63,994 bases of DNA, filler included, from Sanchytrium tribonematis (GCA_018985235.1; 11 parts of 11 records of this genome joined end to end with filler, not necessarily neighbours in it); one strand, 5' to 3'. Counted from the whole stretch's first letter, positions 10,099 to 21,635 are shown. A program made the numbers and translations. The notes: generated from the sequence alone by a model not told the origin.

Positions 10099-11058
10099 TT
10101 ATTGGGCACAACTACCGGGGGCACTGTAGATTTCATTGCAGTTTTTTTTGTATTGCTCGTTGGAACCACAAATTCCAGGACTTTTAGGGTTTGAAATGAA
10201 ACAAAATGGAGTATCAATGCCACATTTTATACTTTGCTTGTTCCAAACACCGCATACGTTTTTACAAGTACCGTAGGTGCTGTATCCTGCTACGCAAGAC
10301 TGATCAGAAATAGTTTTTGAGCTACAAAAACCGATACTTTGTCCTTTCTGAATATAACAAAATGGAGCATCCGTACCACATTTTGAAACTTGACCATTTG
10401 CTGTTCCGCATTCATTTGCACATTTTCCTTTTGCACTGTATGTAGCACTGCATAACTCTTTTGATTTTTTTGCAGATGAGCAGGTACCAGTTGCTTGACC
10501 GTCTGAAAAGTAGCAATATGGATATCTTGAGTCACATACTTTTTCCGTTGTTCCATCGATTGATCCACAACTTAAATCAATGCATTCAGCGGCACTATAA
10601 TTGGGTTCGCAGCTAAATTGGTCTTTTTTTTCTTTAGAGCAAACACCGGTCATCAAACTGTTCAAGACACAATATGGCTTAAAGAATGGACAAAAGTAAA
10701 TGTCACCATTGTCAGGCATACCACAAGTCCCATCGATAACTGGTCCACATGTTCCTGGATAGCTGTAACTCACATCACAGCCCAATTCATTATTCCACTC
10801 GGTGCTACATACACCATTTATGCAAGATTTGCCATCTCCACAAAACTTGTGAACGCCATTGATATAGCCACAAGTGCCATCATCGTTACACAGTCCTGTT
10901 CCACTTGAGTATGGCTGACAATTGGTTTTAAAATCCTCCGATTTTCCACATACCCCACCAGCACTGCAATACTGGGTTTTTTGACACTGCGACAATCCAT
11001 TTTGCCACCCACACAATAAGTTTTTTGCGAATAATGTTTGAATCAAAATGTAAATCAT
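10099..11058 (-). CDS. Secreted cysteine-rich repeat protein (hevein/CBM18-like repeats)
   Basis: Short signal peptide, then about 6 repeats of CG....C....PYC......G.C.......C...YS..G.C. Confidence 0.7.
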   Translation of the reverse strand: MIYILIQTLFAKNLLCGWQNGLSQCQKTQYCSAGGVCGKSEDFKTNCQPYSSGTGLCNDDGTCGYINGVHKFCGDGKSCINGVCSTEWNNELGCDVSYSYPGTCGPVIDGTCGMPDNGDIYFCPFFKPYCVLNSLMTGVCSKEKKDQFSCEPNYSAAECIDLSCGSIDGTTEKVCDSRYPYCYFSDGQATGTCSSAKKSKELCSATYSAKGKCANECGTANGQVSKCGTDAPFCYIQKGQSIGFCSSKTISDQSCVAGYSTYGTCKNVCGVWNKQSIKCGIDTPFCFISNPKSPGICGSNEQYKKNCNEIYSAPGSCAQ

Positions 11059-11358
11059 TTTTATTTGACGGGGAGATGTCCGTATAAATAGTGATCCTTA
11101 GATTTGATGCCAAATTTGATTGGTGGCAAGCCCAGTGCACGTGCACTCTCTATGGTACTGTGTTATAAATATAAATTAAAAAAGTGTTTTGCACACAAAT
11201 CAAGCACATTGTGCAAATACTTTATATATGAGCAAAAGCCTTGCTGCAAAACTCTTGTGAGATTGACAGTGTGTCACCCCAAATTACTTGATTGCATCTG
11301 AACAGAAAAGACAATTGTGTCATGGCACTGCATGAATGTTCAAAATATTGTTAATCAT

Positions 11359-11700
11359 TTATTTAAAATAAGTGTATTTGAATATCCAATTACCAATCTT
11401 TAATGTGGTCCATTGATTAAAAAGTATTGGATGTAAACTGACGAATCCACCAATAGAATTACTTGATCCAGTAGTAGTAATTTCCCAATACATTTCATTT
11501 TCAATTTGTTTAACACAAAATTGAAATAATCGAAATTGATCAAATGAATTTCGGACTTTACAAGAATATTTTAAATTTGACAATTTTTGATGTCCTATGA
11601 AATGATCTATTAATTCATTCGAGTTACCATACTTGATGCGAAATTCTAACATAGAGTGCTTTACTATCATGCAAAAAACAAATGCTAAAAGAAAATTCAT
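11359..11700 (-). CDS. Small putative secreted protein
   Basis: MNFLLAFVFC hydrophobic start, 113 aa. Confidence 0.45.
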   Translation of the reverse strand: MNFLLAFVFCMIVKHSMLEFRIKYGNSNELIDHFIGHQKLSNLKYSCKVRNSFDQFRLFQFCVKQIENEMYWEITTTGSSNSIGGFVSLHPILFNQWTTLKIGNWIFKYTYFK

Positions 11701-12268
11701 AAGGAGATTTCAAGGGACATCAATTTTAATTATTTAGATTGGTGGGCAACACGTGTTTATTTATAGTTAGACCCATCCCAACAATTCCATATATCGCATG
11801 ACAAATACTTGAACCCAATCGGATTGATTCGTAATATCTCTCTTCATTTCCTCATAACTCGTTGAGAATTGTNNNNNNNNNNNNNNNNNNNNNNNNNNNN
11901 NNNNNNNNNNNNNNNNTTAATTAATTAANNNNNNNNNNNNNNNNNNNNNNNNNNNNNNNNNNNNNNNNNNNNCTCCTTCAAAGAGCGAGATTCAAGGGTT
12001 ATTGTTCAAATGAGTCAAATGATACCATTCAATGTCAATCTGTGAATATTGTGACTTGGGAGCAATTCTATATTGAAAGAATCTAGAAAATAAAGTCGTG
12101 TATTTTTATTGTTTTTTTAAAATCTGCCCAATCAGATCTTTTATCGTGAATTCGGATACGGCCTCTAACATTTCCTATTGACTCACTAGCGAATTATAGT
12201 TCTGCGGCTTTCCAATACTACTAGAGGAGAAAACTCGGAAACTCAAAAAATATTCACAACCATTTTAT

Positions 12269-12451
12269 TTAGTTATACAATTCGCACAATGTAAAATACC
12301 ATGAAGCAGAACATGTAGTTGGTGAACAAGTATATGTCACCCACGCATTGTTTACATAAAGGGTAGCAGACATGCTATATCCATATTGGTAATACCAATA
12401 ACATTGTCCGTAGGAGAGAGAAGATACAGTCAATGCCAACAATGGATTCAT
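12269..12451 (-). CDS. Small secreted Cys/Tyr-rich peptide
   Basis: MNPLLALTVSS signal-like start, 4 Cys, 60 aa. Confidence 0.45.
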   Translation of the reverse strand: MNPLLALTVSSLSYGQCYWYYQYGYSMSATLYVNNAWVTYTCSPTTCSASWYFTLCELYN

Positions 12452-12678
12452 ATGCCAATGAAGAATTGAATCCTTTTTAAATCAGCATGACAGGCTATGC
12501 AAGATTTCCCCAGTAAAAGCAAGAATAGCAAAGTCTCATTTTCAGCCTGATTGGTGCGAAAATTCATTTTATATTTAATTAAAAAACTTGGCAGCAACCC
12601 TTTTACTGGTTAATGTTCAATCGCGCCACTTGCAAATGAATTGCTAATGTTTAAAAGGTGAAGATTGGCATTTAGCAT

Positions 12679-13668
12679 ATGATGCTGATTTCTGTATTAT
12701 TTGCATTAAATTGTAATTATGGGACAGTTGGCAGTGATTCTACTTTTGGTATTTACATCACTCCCCAATTCTTTGATGCATACATGAATTTGACATTAAA
12801 AGTATTCACAGTTTGCAACGGTGCAACGAAAATGACCCCCATTCAATTGGTAAGTAGCAATTACATGGTGGCTCAATCTACAACTTGCAACGGACTTTCT
12901 TCCGTAATGATGTCTGTGGGTGTCTCCATGAAATTTACTTGTTCTCAAATCCCATCTAAAATATTTGCATTGGGCGGAGAAAATGCAAATAATATCTATG
13001 TGGGTCAAAATGATGATTTCAATCGATTGGATTGTGGTAAAGTGGCCACTATTGGGGAAAGATTAAGTTTGCCTTCTGCACAACTTGCTATTTTGAAGTC
13101 ACTTCCATCCAATTGTTGTGGGAAAGTGGGAGTCAAATGTACGAATGAAAAGACTGTCTCTTATATTGATTGGAGTGCTTATGCACTCAATGGATATTTG
13201 GATATGGCCATTTACATCAATTTGTTTTACACGGTTTCATTTAAATTTGGCATTTTAAAAGGATTTTTCATTAGTGGCAATATTGCATTCAGAGGATGGC
13301 AAAACAATCAATATTGTACCAATACAGGTGCTGGGAAAGTAGTTTGTTCTAGTGATACATTGGGAACCGCACAAACATTTCAAATTGCGCCTGTTTCTGT
13401 AAATAGTGTGTACACATTAAAAAGTACATTAAACAACAAATTTTGTACTGTAGGAACTGGTGGATTGGTATGCAACAAAGCATCTGCATCCAACAATGAA
13501 TATTTCAACATTATTTCATTGGGAAACAGTCCAGTGGATGGCAGACCTAAAATTGCCATTAAATCAAGATATACTGGACAATATTGTACAAATGAGTCAA
13601 CGGATACTATACAATGTAAATCTGACGATATTTTGACTTGGGAACAGTTTTATTATGAAACGATTTAG
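12679..13668 (+). CDS. Secreted protein with an LRR N-cap-like module and a C-terminal fascin-like beta-trefoil
   Basis: Signal peptide; NCCGKVGVKC...VSYIDWSAYALNG; three trefoil repeats (IAFRGWQNNQYC, YTLKSTLNNKFC, IAIKSRYTGQYC...WEQF). Confidence 0.7.
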   Translation: MMLISVLFALNCNYGTVGSDSTFGIYITPQFFDAYMNLTLKVFTVCNGATKMTPIQLVSSNYMVAQSTTCNGLSSVMMSVGVSMKFTCSQIPSKIFALGGENANNIYVGQNDDFNRLDCGKVATIGERLSLPSAQLAILKSLPSNCCGKVGVKCTNEKTVSYIDWSAYALNGYLDMAIYINLFYTVSFKFGILKGFFISGNIAFRGWQNNQYCTNTGAGKVVCSSDTLGTAQTFQIAPVSVNSVYTLKSTLNNKFCTVGTGGLVCNKASASNNEYFNIISLGNSPVDGRPKIAIKSRYTGQYCTNESTDTIQCKSDDILTWEQFYYETI

Positions 13669-13797
13669 TAAATTAAAATGTATTTTTAACTTCCGCCTTA
13701 AGACGAGTCAGTTGAGTTGATTATGCCCGATAATTTGTACTATACTGATCGAGATAACACGCTCTTTACAAAGTTGTGATCAAATGTGGCTTGAGAA

Positions 13798-14592
13798 ATG
13801 TCAGAACAAGAAATTTTTGAGTGGCATCAAGATGGATGGTTTAAAGGGAATATTTGTGCATTGGCGATTCTAACATTCTTTTTAACAGTCCCTGGTTACT
13901 TTGACAAGATGGGAGGTGGTCGATTTAGTGCAGCAACTGGATTATTCGCTTTATTGGCTTTAATCATTCGACCAGTGCGATCTATTTATGGTGGAGCTTG
14001 TGAAGGGATTTCTATAGCATATTGGTTGTGTATTTCTATCTTTACGGGTATTTATATCGCGTATATGGGTGCTAGATTCATGAAAAAGGAGAAAATTTAT
14101 ATTGGATTGGGCGTGTTGGTGAGCATCACGCAAGCAACAACCATAGCTGGACATCATTCTACATGCTCTGCTGATGGTGATTTACTAGCAGAATCTTTTG
14201 AGTCCTGGACGAGTTACGCGTTTGTCATCACTTTTGGAGTTTCCATTTTAATGATCATACATGCTATTCAGTTCTTCAAAGTCGGTGAAATGGCAGGGGA
14301 TGATAAGAGATTAAAGAAATTAGATGTCGTTAATAGAGTTGCATTGATTTTAAGTCCTATTTCTTTGCTGGTCAGCAGTTTGATCTCATTTGCAAATGCT
14401 GGTGCGCCATTCAAACAAGCTGCATCCAGTGAGATATTGATGGCATTTATTGCCATTTATTTGGCATCAGTGAGTCATATTACCATGTTTTTATATGATT
14501 CATTGAATAAATACATGAAAGCAGCTACTGAGAATGCATTGGCAACCATGACAAACAATGGACAAGTCTCTACTGCTGCTAAGACTGTATAA
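13798..14592 (+). CDS. Orphan 7TM-like membrane protein
   Basis: About 7 hydrophobic segments, with Cys at the start of TM3 and in the following outer loop. Confidence 0.6.
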   Translation: MSEQEIFEWHQDGWFKGNICALAILTFFLTVPGYFDKMGGGRFSAATGLFALLALIIRPVRSIYGGACEGISIAYWLCISIFTGIYIAYMGARFMKKEKIYIGLGVLVSITQATTIAGHHSTCSADGDLLAESFESWTSYAFVITFGVSILMIIHAIQFFKVGEMAGDDKRLKKLDVVNRVALILSPISLLVSSLISFANAGAPFKQAASSEILMAFIAIYLASVSHITMFLYDSLNKYMKAATENALATMTNNGQVSTAAKTV

Positions 14593-14603
14593 ATAAATAG
14601 ATT

Positions 14604-15287
14604 ATGGACAGTTACATTTTGAAAAATAGAGATTTTGCGATGCTTCCCCGTGAAATGCGATCTTCTGAATCTTCTTTGGATGGATGGATCGGATGGTATC
14701 TGCGTCAATTGGAATACGATTATTTAGTGGATGTAGATGAAGACTTTTACCTTGATAAATTCAATTTAACAGGTCTTCAAAATATTATGCATTTCCCCAT
14801 TTGCTACGAAATCTTATCGGATCACTCCGAGATACAGGAATATAGTGAAGATGCGCATTATATACTTGATAAATCCACACGTCATTTATACGGGATGATT
14901 CATGCCAGATATGTCTTGACAACCCCAGGAATGCGTAAAATAGCTTATAAAGTCAAAGCTGGTAATTATGGTTACTGTCCTAGATATAATTGCCCCAAAA
15001 CACCATTAATACCTGTTGGAACTAGTGATAAACCATATATTGGGACTGTTAAAGGATATTGCGCACATTGCCAAGATATTTATAGCTTAGAATCAACGCA
15101 ATTTGACGGTGCTTACTTTTCTACGACTCTCCCACATTTATTATTGCTTACATATCCCGAATTGATTCCAATTTCACCCATAAATCGATTTAAAATTGAA
15201 GAATTTGGAATTAAAAATGATTTTATTAAACAAAGAATCCAGCATCAAATCGCTACCAAAAGAGATGTGATTAATAAATTGAAATGA
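14604..15287 (+). CDS. CKB1: Casein kinase II regulatory (beta) subunit
   Basis: VDEDFYLDKFNLTGL, LYGMIHARYVLT, GYCPRYNC...YCAHCQDIY, FDGAYF. Confidence 0.92.
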   Translation: MDSYILKNRDFAMLPREMRSSESSLDGWIGWYLRQLEYDYLVDVDEDFYLDKFNLTGLQNIMHFPICYEILSDHSEIQEYSEDAHYILDKSTRHLYGMIHARYVLTTPGMRKIAYKVKAGNYGYCPRYNCPKTPLIPVGTSDKPYIGTVKGYCAHCQDIYSLESTQFDGAYFSTTLPHLLLLTYPELIPISPINRFKIEEFGIKNDFIKQRIQHQIATKRDVINKLK

Positions 15288-15348
15288 TGCCAACAAATCC
15301 ACGTGAGATCGCACATTTTGCGTGGCTTTTCTTTGAAACCCCCAAGAA

Positions 15349-16275
15349 ATGGTGACCCAAGCTATGCATTTCGAGAATATCCATGGTTTGACATACGGTA
15401 TCACCTTTATATTCTCACTATTTGGATTGTTTATCAATTTAGCAGCGTATTACATGTTCGATTGTAGTCACATTCAAATGATTTTATTTCTGGGTAATTT
15501 GGAAATGATCATCATCTCCATTTTGGGAGGGATGTATATAGAATTGCCAGGATCTATCATCACAATAGTCATATTAACATTATTCGTGATTTACGTCTCT
15601 GGCATAGCTTGTTATCCCGTTATTCGATATTATAGACTGCTCACAAATTTCAAAAAGAAATTAATCATTTTTTATCCCATCATGTTTATCAGCTTCTATT
15701 TCCGTGGTCTTATTTATTTAGAATTCATTTCAATGAATCAATCCTCACTTGCCTCATTCTATTTAGTGGCCATTTCTGCACCAATTCCAATTATCATGAA
15801 TTTTTACTGCATGTATAAAATTGGTCACGCATTTGATAAATCCACTATAAAATGGACCGATAAACACACTAGACTATTATTTGTATCTAATTATCTTGTA
15901 TTATTTGCTGGCACGCTCCAATTACTCTCTTTTGCTTTTTGTTTGGCGGGTTATTTGAATATTCTTTTGATTGTATTTTTATCATTTATTGGACTGGTAT
16001 TTGACACCAGTGAGTTTCTTTTATTAAGCAACAAGTATTCGATGCCATCTACTGTCATTATTGAATCTGATCCCATTTCTAATTTATCAAATATTCCTGA
16101 AATGGCACAATTATCCATCACACATCCACTGACGAGTGTTTATTTCTCATCATCTAATCGATTGACACCCCACTCACATAGATCTATGACAACAGACTCA
16201 CAATGGTCACAGTCTATTTTATCCAATCAAAACAGTCAAATTGTGACACGCCCAGTCACACCCAAATTGACATAA
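15349..16275 (+). CDS. Orphan 7TM-like membrane protein with Ser/Thr-rich tail
   Basis: Hydrophobic helices followed by a polar C-terminus. Confidence 0.6.
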   Translation: MVTQAMHFENIHGLTYGITFIFSLFGLFINLAAYYMFDCSHIQMILFLGNLEMIIISILGGMYIELPGSIITIVILTLFVIYVSGIACYPVIRYYRLLTNFKKKLIIFYPIMFISFYFRGLIYLEFISMNQSSLASFYLVAISAPIPIIMNFYCMYKIGHAFDKSTIKWTDKHTRLLFVSNYLVLFAGTLQLLSFAFCLAGYLNILLIVFLSFIGLVFDTSEFLLLSNKYSMPSTVIIESDPISNLSNIPEMAQLSITHPLTSVYFSSSNRLTPHSHRSMTTDSQWSQSILSNQNSQIVTRPVTPKLT

Positions 16276-16309
16276 GTGAATCAACGTGTCTAGATGGTGT
16301 CACTTTAAA

Positions 16310-16591
16310 ATGATCATTTATTTACTTGCATATGCCGTGGTGCGAGATCCCGAAGAAGTAGTGGACATTTTACAAGAAGTAGGACATTCTATAAATTCAG
16401 TTTTACATCACAATGAGCATGAGATAGAACATGCCATACACCATGAATCCGAATCTATTCCAGAACTATACAAGCACAAAAATGAAAAGAATCAAGATAA
16501 ATTAATTGAATATCTCCAATCTGGCCAATTTGCCACGTCATTTGTCTTCATTTGCCATTTACGCCATTCTCAGCCATATCCAAGTCGATAG
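16310..16591 (+). CDS. Small His/Glu-rich putative secreted protein
   Basis: MIIYLLAYAVV start; HHNEHEIEHAIHHE. Confidence 0.4.
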   Translation: MIIYLLAYAVVRDPEEVVDILQEVGHSINSVLHHNEHEIEHAIHHESESIPELYKHKNEKNQDKLIEYLQSGQFATSFVFICHLRHSQPYPSR

Positions 16592-16612
16592 AAATCAATA
16601 AACTGCTTTTTA

Positions 16613-17846
16613 TTATACATTTTCATCTAATGCAAACATGACATCAAATTTATCATCCATTTCTTCTTCATGAATATCATGAATCGCCTGTTCCATTTGT
16701 TTCATAAAATCTAAATAAATGCGAATTACATGAATGATACGGACTAGTAGCAAATGGAGAATTAGGCAATGGACTCCAAGGTGATTCTGGTGGACTTCCA
16801 TTGACTAAAATAGACTGATTCATAGAATGTGACAAATCTCTATGATTTTGATTAAAATTGGAGTGTGGCAATTTTAATTGAGGAAGAGAGTGGGATGTGG
16901 GTGGTGAGTTTTGAATAGTGTTGTGCTGCATTGAACTAGATATCCCAGTTGTCGTAAATGTGGGAGTTGCATGAATTGGAGATTTTAACCAATTTGGAGT
17001 TACTGATAAGTAATCATCATCTCCTGGTCCACCGGGTCCACTAGAATGATTAGAATACTCATTTCTATTATTTGAATCATTTCTGGTGTGACTGTGGCTG
17101 TTTTGACCACCGTGACTGAAGAAACACGAATCTCCATAGTGGCAATTTCCTTTGAGGTAGAATTGACAAGGTGGTGGTTGATATTGGTGAGATACCATGG
17201 AAGAATGAATCAATCTACATTCATTTGGTGGCAATGAACACAACCCATATGTCCATTCTTGACATACAAATTGAGGAGGCACCTGAATGGATCGTGGGTG
17301 GATTTGGAAGTGATGTTGGAATGTAATGAGTGCAGATTGCACATTGGAGTTGCCAGAATTGTGGGATGTTGTGATTCTGACAGATGGCGTGTTTTTAATA
17401 ATATTCAATAAATTGGAGTCTACTTGCAATTTGGTGCAGAAAGTCTTGTTGTAAAGTTGCACTAGATGAATGAATGGGATTGGGTGATTTGGATGACATA
17501 AATGAGTGACGTGGGAAGTGAATGAGTCTGGATTTAAATCGGGTTTTAATTTCTTATGTTTTTCAGCCAAAGACACATAAGCATTGGAAATAGACCCACC
17601 ATTTGTATTTCCATTCGTTGAAGCATTTTGTAGCAACTCAATTCTAAAGATCCATGTGAATTCATTCATCCAATCCAATAATACATTTGGATTTGGAAAA
17701 TATTGAACAAATTCATTATCACTAAAGACATGCTGATACATGTGAAATAGATCATTGATGTGGACAAAGACATATGGGGATTGACAGATTTCCATTAATC
17801 GCATTAAACACTGGTACTTTTTACCTTTAATTAAATGGTTGAAACG
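16613..17846 (-). CDS. CCCH zinc-finger protein (5' partial); intron 16711-16729
   Basis: CQEWTYGLC...CRLIH and CQFYLKGNCHYGDSCFFSH. The frame is open to the contig edge, and splicing yields the acidic tail MEQAIHDIHEEEMDDKFDVMFALDENV. Confidence 0.8.
16711..16729 (-). other. 19-nt spliceosomal intron (CCCH gene)
   Basis: Minus strand GTAATTCGCATTTATTTAG; TCA T|AT TTT ATG. Confidence 0.75.
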
Positions 17847-17946
17847 NNNNNNNNNNNNNNNNNNNNNNNNNNNNNNNNNNNNNNNNNNNNTTAATTAATT
17901 AANNNNNNNNNNNNNNNNNNNNNNNNNNNNNNNNNNNNNNNNNNNN

Positions 17947-18579
17947 AACTCTGCTCCAATCTGAATCTCGAAGTGTTCTAATTGAATCTGAGGGAACGAC
18001 TTTTATATTTGGACTAATATTATATTGCTTTGGGATAACAGCGAGATCATCTGATTCAGATATTCTAGAATTGCTACGGTCAATAAATCCATTCTCAATG
18101 AAAGATTTGAAATTATATTGATTGACCATACAGCTAGATTCGTATGGAACAATTATTATTGGCCGAACTACTTGCCTAGATTCATTGCGCAAAGCTTTTT
18201 CAACAGCCTCGAGTAGAGAGCCAAACTGAAGATTGGAAGTACCCATGTAAAACATCGGATCTACAGCTTGAGAGTAAGGCGTATCCCAATCTGGTCTTTT
18301 TCCTTTCTTTGATGCAAACATTTTCAACAATTCTATTCTATCAACTGCACTCACAACCTCCACATTGTGCTCTGTAGCTTTTAGTAAATATTTGGGATAA
18401 TCTAGATCGCGGTAAATGAAAGCAATGTAGATATCTTTTAGGCTATTTGTGCTATAAACTACGTTTTTCATGTCCAGCTGACTTCCATTATAAGAAATAT
18501 ATTCGGCATCATCGATCGCTACTACATCACCGTTTTTACTTAGTAATTGGCCGTTTTGTATATGCGGCAACCAGCTCAT
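17947..18579 (-). CDS. CDC73: Paf1 complex subunit Cdc73 (3' truncated by contig end)
   Basis: YPKYL...VVSAVDRIELL N-domain; RPIIIVP...NFKSFIENGF...DWSRV C-domain. Confidence 0.8.
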
Positions 18580-18759
18580 TAGTGTTTCACGGATGCTTCG
18601 GCTTTTGGCAAATAATAAATTTTATTTCAAGCACATTAGAAATTTATCATTAGCAGCGTGTCGTTTAATTCCACCCCAATCGAAGCACAATACATCGTGA
18701 TTGACGCGTTCAAACAAATTCTGAAACAGCTCAATTAAGCCACTTTACATCTATTTCAA

Positions 18760-20356
18760 ATGTACAGAACGGCAATGCGAGAAGCTAAAAATGTGGTGAA
18801 AGGATATACAGATATTCAAGTCAAATTGAGAGAAGCAACCAGCAATGATCCATGGGGTCCCTCAACAACTCAACTACAGGAAATTGCAGACTGTAGTTAT
18901 AACCCACAATTATTATTACAAATGCTTGATATAATTAACAAAAGACTAAATGACCATGGAAAAAATTGGAGACACGTTTTTAAGACCTTGGTAGTATTGG
19001 ATTATTTACTACATGCTGGGGCTGAAGAATCTATACGATTCGTAAACGAACACGTTTATTTGATCAAAACGCTCGTCGAATTTCAATATATAGATGAAGA
19101 TGGAAGAGATCAAGGTAAGTGTATAAGAGACAAAGCAAGTGATATTATTTCTCTTCTCAACGACAAAGATAGACTACAACGTGAAAGACAGCAAAGGAAT
19201 GCCTTGAGTAGCAAACTCTCAACCTCGCCAAATTCTAGACCCTCGGTGGGTGGTGATGAATATGAGCAAGATCTTCAACGAGCTTTGGAACTTAGTAAAC
19301 AGGAGTTTAATAAGGAACAAAAATATAGAGAACATGCTAGTACACAACAACATTATGAACATTCGCACGTTTCCTATAGTCCTCAGTCACCTGTAAAGTC
19401 CCAAGCCCCAGCAATTGATCTTTTGACAAATGATGATTTCGATCCAAACACATCTGTCAACAACAATGCACAATATGATCCATTTGAACTCGAAACCACA
19501 AATTATGTTGCAGCGCCATCAAGTCAGCAACAATTAGATCCTTTTGCCTCTAGTCAACCGCAGCAATTATTCGATGCTCGTCAAACTTACACCAATCCAA
19601 CTAACAACTTTATGATGCAGCCGCAGGCCACAAACTACAGTGCGAATTCGAATCCTTTTGGACAAAATACAAGTTCAAATTACCAGCAATCCCTAGTATT
19701 TGATAGTCAAACATCTTCAAATCCATTTTCGCAATCTACCAACTATCAGCAACCGATTCAAACGAACCCATTTGGGCAATATGGGACACAGCCAATTACA
19801 ACTGGAAATTCAAACCCTTTTGGAGGTAGTCAGGTGGGACAAAGTCAACTTTCCCAAAATTCAAATCCATTTGGAAATTCAAGCCAAGTTGGTTCTAACC
19901 CATTTGGCCAACAGCAAATTAATCCATATATCGGAAACAATTATGCGTCTTCTACTTTTCAAAGAGGTGGCGGTGGATTAGTTTTGGAACCAACTCCTCT
20001 GGCAAACGTGAACCAGAACGATTTGCCTGCTATGATCCCAAGTCTGACTGGGCTTCCTGCACAAAAAGCTCCAAATTACCAGGCACAAAGTCCACCACAA
20101 GCTGGTCTTGTCAATTTAGATAATATCTTCGACAATAAACCTCCAAAACAATTTGGTAAACAGTCAAGTCCTAGCAGCATTGGCTCTATGTCCACTGGAA
20201 TGAGCAATAACAGACCTCAAAATTCCAATGGTAATTTCTATTAAAATAGTTCCTCGAAATGCTCAAAACCCATTTCAGACAGTTCAGCAACAATATCCTG
20301 GACTTCCGATGAATCAGCAAATGAACCTTCAGCAGCAAAATAGAAATTTTATGTGA
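18760..20356 (+). CDS. ENT1: Epsin (ENTH + UIM + NPF repeats); exons 18760-20230 and 20250-20356
   Basis: LREATSNDPWGP, GKNWRHVFKTL, UIM EQDLQRALELSKQE, many NPF motifs; the spliced tail adds QNPF. Confidence 0.92.
20231..20249 (+). other. 19-nt spliceosomal intron (epsin)
   Basis: GTAATTTCTATTAAAATAG; AAT G|TT CCT continues a Q/N-rich tail containing NPF. Confidence 0.8.
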
Positions 20357-20383
20357 GGAAATAAACAAATTATATCCGATGTT

Positions 20384-21635
20384 TTATTTATATTCAATCG
20401 CAATATCATCATATGAGTCTTCTTGAAATAAATTCAATTTGTTGCCATTTGCTAGCACAAGTAAATTATAAAAGCATTTCGCTGCTGCGTGCTTATAGTC
20501 TTTCTTAAATAGATTGACTACATTGCTAAACATTTGCGGTTTCTCATTCAACAGCTTTCTATATTATTTACGAATACTTATCAAAGTCGATTTTTTTTGT
20601 CAAGCGATTTGCCATTTCCATCTCGCTACTCAATAATCGACTTATTTTTGAAGGTGTCTTTTGCTTGCTAGTAGAGTCCGATGCTAGGGCTGGAACACTG
20701 ATTTCACCTGCAACTGACAATGACGAACTTAACGCCCGTCCAATTTCTTGACTTTCGTGAGAAAAGCTCTGAAAACCCTCAGGAACCAAAGGATAATCAT
20801 CGACACTACCAGTATTTCTTCCTGTCTCAATTTCCATGTTAAATTTTGCTATAAATGGAGTACAAGATTTAACAATTAAACTTTGAAATTCGAACCACTG
20901 AAAAATTTCAGGCTTAATTATACCATCAATTTCCTTGTCGTAAAATTTTCGAAATGATGCTACACCAGCCTTTCTTCTACTAGAGTTGCTCCTTTTTCTG
21001 GGCACTGCTTTTTTTGATTCAACTTCGATGTCGGGCAAAGTTGGAATTGAGTGGTTTAAATTTAATGGTGTCGGATGGCTGGGCATGTCCAAGTCGATGT
21101 TGAAGGTTCCTCCTAATCCATAGCCAAGATCATTTGAAGAATGTTCTACACCCAAGTCCAAATCCCCGGCCGTCGACAGGGATAATCCTTTAATGCTTTC
21201 CAAATCAAATTGATCAGCTGGTAGGTGTAGAGATTCTGGTCCCATTAAATGACTTTCAGTCTCCCAACTCAATTCTTGCTCTTGAAATTCTATTTCCAAA
21301 CTGTTAATTTGGTTGAAATCAATTTCAACCTTATTTTTACTATGAATCTGCTTCCTTTTGTGTAGCGTTTGCATTCTTGAAATCACCTGTTGAACATCTC
21401 CTGAATAAAAATCGTACTGCTGTTTGTATATTCTGGCAATGCCCAATAACAAGTGACTACTGAGTCTTAAAGCTAGTGGTTCTGAAGGATTGATCAAGAA
21501 CTCCACTTGTGCACCAATATCCACATTGTTAATCACCTTTTTAGACAATTTTTTAGTTTTGCTTCCCAAAGTGGAAGCAATCCAGCAAATACTCAAGCCA
21601 TTGTTCTTGGTCAAGAAATCGACAGAATAAAACAT
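20384..21635 (-). CDS. REC8: Rad21/Rec8 kleisin, Rec8-like; exons 21635-20578 and 20558-20384
   Basis: MFYSVDFLT...WIASTLG...LALRLSSHLLLGIARIYKQQ; splicing restores the winged-helix end AAAKCFYNLLVLA...QEDSYDDIAI. Confidence 0.8.
20559..20577 (-). other. 19-nt spliceosomal intron (REC8)
   Basis: Minus strand GTATTCGTAAATAATATAG; GAT AA|A AAG. Confidence 0.9.
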
